A DNA stretch of 64,000 bases from a virus (Duplodnaviria; Heunggongvirae; Uroviricota; Caudoviricetes), in IMG/VR virus record IMGVR_UViG_3300035210_000151. One strand, given 5' to 3'. Below the pieces are notes generated by a model that worked only from the letters and a program-made list of their open reading frames with translations, was not told the DNA's origin and ran no database searches. Positions 58,936-64,000 of the stretch are shown here, one piece after another. Positions within the stretch are counted from its first letter, which is position 1, and each line of letters begins with the position of its first letter. The position numbers were made by a program, and so were the translations under genes.

Positions 58936-60834
58936 TTAAGAAATACTCATTCTTGCTGTTCTATTAACAGTGTCTTTATAATTAACTTCATTGACCACTT
59001 CATGAGCATATTCAAGTGTTTCATCTGACGATTCAACTTCGTCATCATTTTTGTAATGGGCGGCATAATGCTCACCATCAATATCTATAGTAAAACCTAT
59101 CATGGACTCATTATCAGCGGATTCTTTTGAAAAATCAAAAAGGAAGTATTGTTTATTACCACCATCCGTATAACTGTTGAAATACGATTCATCTCTTACG
59201 ATACACCAAGAACTACTACCTAAAAGTTTGCTTTGTTCATAGTCTTCTATTTGAACAATTAAAATATCATCGGATTGGCTCATAATTTTCACGCCCGCGT
59301 TTTCAGCTTTGTTTAAAACGGCATCCATTGTGAAATCATTAAAGGAATCTAAAAACTTTTTTAAGCCTTCATTGAATTCTTCTGGTGTTTTGTAAGCGGC
59401 TATTTTCTTGCCTATATAATTTTGAAACACATCTGTCTTTAATTTTAAATCGTAAATGTTTTCAATTATTTTATAGGATTCATCATTATAAAGGTTCATG
59501 TATTTATTACTGGCTATACTGTGAGCAAATAGTTGAACTTTGTGGTCTTTTATCTTTTTGTTCATTTTGTCATCTAAGTCTTCAACCGCTCTGTATTTAT
59601 CTGGTTTAATAAGTTCTGACTTCTCGTATTCAGCTTTAATATCAAAAGGCTTACTATTAAAAAAATCTAAATTTGTAGAATATGTGTTAACAGCAACAAG
59701 AAGCTTACCTAAATTAATTAAAGAGTTTTCTCTTTTAAAAATATCAATAAAATTCTTGGCAACTGTTGGGTTTTTCTTAAATACATTTCTGATATGCTCA
59801 GCTACAATGGAGTCTTTTAAAGAATGTAGTTGTTTTGATGTAAACACATCGGCATAGGTGTTATCACTTTTTTTCATAACCACACTTCTATCAGAGAACA
59901 ATATAATTTCTTTTATTTTACTATGATTAAATTCCATGACATTTTTTATACCTTGTTCTTCTAATGTCTTCTCAGTAATTTTTTCATTTAAGAAAGTTGT
60001 AATATCTTTTGCTACTGGTTTTGATTGATTTTCAATCATGAATGTATCGGCTAGTTTAAGTGGAATACCCGCGTCTCTCAATTTTATAAAAGCTTCTATA
60101 TTTTCTTTGTTAAGCCTATCCACATAATCTTCTATAATTGAATAATTAAATAAATTTGGTTCTTTTAAAGTCCTATTGTTTTCAAATATTCCAGACTCTT
60201 CATCAATAAATTTTTTCATTGCAGCTAAATCTTCATTGGTATCTATGTTATTATCATACTCAATGAAGTCATAGTTCCTTATATTAGGATCGATTTCTTT
60301 TACAGTCTTTTTCATTGCATGAACACATTCTTGAATTGCTAAATCCCATGTATTTACAGCATCTTTTTTCTTTTGAAGATGGTTTTTGATGTTTGTTATT
60401 TTTGGGTCGTTTTTATATTCTTCTAATATACGGCCTATATTGGTTAAATTGTCTGTAATGTCTATATTATGTTCTTCAGCGAATAACTTTATTTTTTCGA
60501 TGTGTCTTGTTATTTTTTCTGGGAATAGGTTGATACTTCTTTCACTTTCTTCTAGGTGTAATTTTACCCAATGGGCTGATACTGTATTATTATCGAATAA
60601 ATTAAATCTGCCATCGACTTTTCTTGTTCTCATCATGCTATATAGTTTTTCAATGTACATGTCGTGAGCTTTTTTATTTCTGAATAAATCTTGATAACCA
60701 TAGCATACTGTGGGTTCTGGGGTAGGATGTCCTACAATTTGACGTATTTTAATGGAACCAGAAAATTGATTAACAAGTGGAGCGAATTTTTTTTCTATTG
60801 ACATAATATAATTAATTTGGTTTCTATCTTTCAT
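58936..60834 (-). CDS. Large hypothetical protein with LGSSSWCI domain (tentatively PcfJ-like)
   Basis: SNKYMNLY, IGKKIAAYKTP, LGSSSWCI.R....F..Y, QYFLFDF, SMIG, AHYKND. Confidence 0.82.
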   Translation of the reverse strand: MKDRNQINYIMSIEKKFAPLVNQFSGSIKIRQIVGHPTPEPTVCYGYQDLFRNKKAHDMYIEKLYSMMRTRKVDGRFNLFDNNTVSAHWVKLHLEESERSINLFPEKITRHIEKIKLFAEEHNIDITDNLTNIGRILEEYKNDPKITNIKNHLQKKKDAVNTWDLAIQECVHAMKKTVKEIDPNIRNYDFIEYDNNIDTNEDLAAMKKFIDEESGIFENNRTLKEPNLFNYSIIEDYVDRLNKENIEAFIKLRDAGIPLKLADTFMIENQSKPVAKDITTFLNEKITEKTLEEQGIKNVMEFNHSKIKEIILFSDRSVVMKKSDNTYADVFTSKQLHSLKDSIVAEHIRNVFKKNPTVAKNFIDIFKRENSLINLGKLLVAVNTYSTNLDFFNSKPFDIKAEYEKSELIKPDKYRAVEDLDDKMNKKIKDHKVQLFAHSIASNKYMNLYNDESYKIIENIYDLKLKTDVFQNYIGKKIAAYKTPEEFNEGLKKFLDSFNDFTMDAVLNKAENAGVKIMSQSDDILIVQIEDYEQSKLLGSSSWCIVRDESYFNSYTDGGNKQYFLFDFSKESADNESMIGFTIDIDGEHYAAHYKNDDEVESSDETLEYAHEVVNEVNYKDTVNRTARMSIS

Positions 60835-60963
60835 TGTATCATATTTTTGTTATTAAAAAAGAACATTAATTATTCATTTTCTGTTTCCGTTAAAATAGAT
60901 ATCTATTGATTCTAGTTTGTGTTTTGTGGTAAAATAAGACAACTTTTTAATGAGTATTTCCTT

Positions 60964-62907
60964 ATGTATATGACTCCAAGCTGGACTGGTTTAACTCTCT
61001 TAGAACATATGGTATTTCCTGCCATCTTTCAGCATGAAATGGAAACAAGGACTAGAGTTTTTAATCCTAATGCTCAATTATCCAATATTTCGGATGTTTA
61101 CTGTTGCATGGGATTATATTTGGATTCTATTCATGACACTGTAAAATATCAGACATCTTCGGTGTATAAAGAATACATGGAATTGGATATGAATTCAGAA
61201 AAATTTAAGTCAATTCGAGCCTTTGTCAATGGAGAAGAATTATTTTCATTTAAAAAAGAACCAAAATTAATAAAAAATATTTTTAAAGGGCATGAGTTTG
61301 AAAATATCTTTATGGTAAATGAACTTCAGGCTGAAACTCGACAGCTTATGAACTTGATTCGGTCAATAATGTCTCTTTCAATGAATAATTTTGTTGATTA
61401 TTGGGAAAATGTTATTGCTCCATCAACGTCTTATGACATCAACAAAGAACTTAAAATTTTGCGTGAAATTTCTGATAAATACTTTACATCAATTGAATAT
61501 CTTTCTCTTTATAATCTGATTTCAGAATCAAATGAATATACATTTCATGATGGTTTTTTTGACAAGAACACTGTGAAACGTGCTGCTGTTCATGAAAAAT
61601 ATAAAATGTTCTTCACTCGTGTTTTTAATATTTTCAATGGTGGAAAAATTGGAGATCGTTTTGATCTTACATCCTTTAAAAATGATATTGGCATCATTCA
61701 ATCCACATTGCTGTCGTTAACTAATAAGTATCCAACACTTTTTAACGCTTTAAACATTCAAGAAATTCAGGCGATTCAATATATTGATTCAAATCATTCT
61801 GTTAACGCAACAATGGACGAAATGGATAATTTTCCTATACTCGCTAAATATTCACCATCCAATGGTCAATACCGTTCAATGATCTTCTTTTACGACCATT
61901 CAGTGTTAGCACAACGTCATATAAATGGGCCGTTTGAACTTTTTTATGACTACAAATCAATTCCATCACTTGTGAATGAAGCGTTCTATCAACATTTAAA
62001 AAATATGACACGGAAATCACCTACCATTTCAAAATACTTTTTGGCGGGTTACAAGACTTTGTTTGACTATTATAATGAAAAAGATAAAAAATCTCCATAT
62101 TGCCGAAATCTTCTTGTAGGCTGTAATCACACGCTTAGAGATTATTATGAACATGAGAACATTTTAAAAGTAAACAATTATAATATTCTTGATGTGTTTG
62201 ATAATCATGACGACTATGATCAATGGTGTGAACGTGTAACTGATAAAATGTATATGGTTATTAAAAACCATGCCATTAATAAATACTCAAAATCATTATT
62301 TAGTAATAAGTATCGTCACCTTTATTCAGATAGTCTGCTGACTATTTTTAATGAACTGTATAGGTTGAAAATCCCATGCAGTTACATTCAGGATACTGTT
62401 GGTAAAAAGATGGCATCATTTAATACGCCTGATGAGTTGTATGCAGCACTTGAAAACATGCTCAACTTGTTAGACAACTTCTCATTTGACATGGTGATGG
62501 ACAATGTGAAAAAAGTTAATGCTGATGTTATATCGAGCGAGGATAATAAATTGTTAATTAGAATAAACACCTTTGAACAATCCACATTGCTGGGAAGTTC
62601 TTCATGGTGCATTTCTCGTGAAGAAAGTCATTTTTTAAATTACACGGTAAACAACAACCAACAATATTTTATGTATGATTTTAATAAACAATCAAGAGAT
62701 AATGATTGTATTATTGGTTGCACATTGGGATCTAATTTGAAATTAAAAGTGGCACATTACAAAAATGACCAAGAAATTTATGAAGATGAATCTATTGATT
62801 ACATTATTAAGAAAGTGAAAGATTATAAAAAAGAATCTATGGTTAGTCTTAATTTTATTCAAAAAATAACTAATGTTGCAAAAAAGTCAGTGAACGTATT
62901 TCAATAA
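60964..62907 (+). CDS. Large hypothetical protein with LGSSSWCI domain (tentatively PcfJ-like)
   Basis: SNKYRHLY, VGKKMASFNTP, LGSSSWCI.R, QYFMYDF, AHYKND; divergent from its paralog. Start uncertain. Confidence 0.82.
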   Translation: MYMTPSWTGLTLLEHMVFPAIFQHEMETRTRVFNPNAQLSNISDVYCCMGLYLDSIHDTVKYQTSSVYKEYMELDMNSEKFKSIRAFVNGEELFSFKKEPKLIKNIFKGHEFENIFMVNELQAETRQLMNLIRSIMSLSMNNFVDYWENVIAPSTSYDINKELKILREISDKYFTSIEYLSLYNLISESNEYTFHDGFFDKNTVKRAAVHEKYKMFFTRVFNIFNGGKIGDRFDLTSFKNDIGIIQSTLLSLTNKYPTLFNALNIQEIQAIQYIDSNHSVNATMDEMDNFPILAKYSPSNGQYRSMIFFYDHSVLAQRHINGPFELFYDYKSIPSLVNEAFYQHLKNMTRKSPTISKYFLAGYKTLFDYYNEKDKKSPYCRNLLVGCNHTLRDYYEHENILKVNNYNILDVFDNHDDYDQWCERVTDKMYMVIKNHAINKYSKSLFSNKYRHLYSDSLLTIFNELYRLKIPCSYIQDTVGKKMASFNTPDELYAALENMLNLLDNFSFDMVMDNVKKVNADVISSEDNKLLIRINTFEQSTLLGSSSWCISREESHFLNYTVNNNQQYFMYDFNKQSRDNDCIIGCTLGSNLKLKVAHYKNDQEIYEDESIDYIIKKVKDYKKESMVSLNFIQKITNVAKKSVNVFQ

Positions 62908-62928
62908 GGATATATGCATGTTTGCATT

Positions 62929-62955
62929 AAAAAAGCCTATCCGAAGATAGGCTTT
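62929..62955. terminator. Intrinsic terminator (UUCG loop on minus strand)
   Basis: AAAAAAGCCTATC-CGAA-GATAGGCTTT. Confidence 0.85.
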
Positions 62956-62970
62956 CTTTTGTATTCTCAG

Positions 62971-64000
62971 TTATTGAATTATCTTCACTGGTATTGTGTA
63001 GCCATCAGCGTTGTACACTCGTAAGTTACTTGGTTTCAAGTCTTCAAAGGATTCGACACCACAGGAGTGAGCAATACCAATAAGGTCTTTCATCATGTTC
63101 TTGTGGTAGTTGTAAACACGAACAGCTTTTATTTCTGGGTCAAGTCCCTTGGTGTAACGTCTATCATGCGTTGTAATACCAGTAGGGCATGTGCCTTTGC
63201 TGCATTTCATTGCTTGAATACAACCAAGAGAGAACAAGAAGCCACGAGCAGTACTCACTGAATCAGCACCCATTGCGTAAGCCCAAGCCGCTTCAATAGG
63301 CGTAATCATCTTACCACTCACAATCACTTTTATTTTGTCTCTTAATTTGTAGCGTTCTAGGGCATTAATCACGATAGGCATAGAGTCTTTCAATTCAAGC
63401 CCCATTGCCATCAAATGAGCCATTGGAGCAGCACCAGTACCACCTAAGCTGCTGTCGATGGTAATAAAGCTTGGGCAATAGAAATGACCTGTCACAGCAT
63501 CTTTCTCCATTTTCTCTTTAATCTTGTTTAACAACAAGCTGATATCTTCTGGATCGCCTACCACTAATTTGATACCTGTTGGTAGATTGGATTCTTTTTG
63601 AACCGTATAAATCAAGTCCACTAGATCACTGAGGTTGGTACCATCAACGTGAGCATTCGGGCTGATTGAGGCTTTGCCTTTTTCAATTCCACGAATTTCA
63701 GCAATTTCAGCCGTCACTTTTTCTGCAGGAAGAATACCACCTTTACCCGGCTTAGCACCTTGGCTGAGTTTTATCTCTATCATTTTTACATTGTCAATCA
63801 CACTTAAATCTTTCAATTTCTGGATGTTCAAGGTTTTGTCTGGATTACCAACGCCATACTTTGCGGTACCGATTTGAAACACGATATCTGCACCACCTTC
63901 GATGTGATGTGGTGATAATGCACCTTCACCTGTGTTCATCCAACCACCGGCCATTTTGATACCACTGCTTAATGCTAATACCGCTTCTTTTGATATAGCT
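62971..64000 (-). CDS. FMN-binding glutamate synthase family protein, 5' end beyond the window
   Basis: NTGEG, FQIGTAKYG, EIKLSQGAKPGKGGILP, GGTGAAP, LGCIQAMKC....CPTGITT; the frame stays open to the edge (AISKEAVLALSSGIKMAGG). Confidence 0.93.
   Translation of the reverse strand, partial: AISKEAVLALSSGIKMAGGWMNTGEGALSPHHIEGGADIVFQIGTAKYGVGNPDKTLNIQKLKDLSVIDNVKMIEIKLSQGAKPGKGGILPAEKVTAEIAEIRGIEKGKASISPNAHVDGTNLSDLVDLIYTVQKESNLPTGIKLVVGDPEDISLLLNKIKEKMEKDAVTGHFYCPSFITIDSSLGGTGAAPMAHLMAMGLELKDSMPIVINALERYKLRDKIKVIVSGKMITPIEAAWAYAMGADSVSTARGFLFSLGCIQAMKCSKGTCPTGITTHDRRYTKGLDPEIKAVRVYNYHKNMMKDLIGIAHSCGVESFEDLKPSNLRVYNADGYTIPVKIIQ

Noticed and set aside
62906-62950. Possible third minigene after AAGGA (MFALKKPIRR)
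   Set aside because: Runs through the terminator hairpin and does not resemble the M-x-E-E-x-x-G-[LF] peptides.
1-64000. CRISPR array, tRNA, rRNA, IS elements, integron attC sites
   Set aside because: No regularly spaced repeats, cloverleafs, transposases or conserved attC-like ends seen. Intergenic hairpins are explained as terminators. A tRNAscan/Infernal run would be needed to exclude small RNAs fully.

Overview
A gene-dense, strongly AT-rich segment (roughly 30% GC by eye, not computed) of a very large mobile replicon, either a giant plasmid or a jumbo phage. The Adk and AlkB sequences point to a Gram-negative, probably gammaproteobacterial, host. I see no rRNA, tRNA, CRISPR array, transposase, integrase, virion or replication genes. 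About 80 mostly hypothetical genes are organised largely as stand-alone units (sigma70 promoter with extended TGn-10, RBS, ORF, intrinsic terminator), with many tandem paralog pairs and triplets. Recognisable cargo: MerR-VWA operon, adenylate kinase, YkgJ-type Cys-cluster protein, HD-domain/P-loop kinase, ParB-like, HNH, Imm11-like, AlkB, phosphodiester glycosidase, Dam-type methylase, SPFH, ATP-grasp, a tandem-domain Pth2 and an FMN-binding glutamate synthase family protein. Main observations: (1) 14 proteins from about 7 otherwise dissimilar families end in the same C-terminal tag, [LIF]-x-[VLI]-x-x-M-x-x-[ILFV]-stop; (2) a degenerate DotL/IcmO-like type IV coupling protein and a second set of proteins with basic C-terminal tails, including an ADP-ribosyltransferase-like protein, suggest a C-terminal addressing or export system; (3) two homologous 8-codon minigenes (MQEEYEGL, MREEDHGF), one with its own promoter, RBS and terminator. 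All family calls come from motif recognition by eye; no database search was run. Some starts were moved from the ORF track to the codon following the best RBS.
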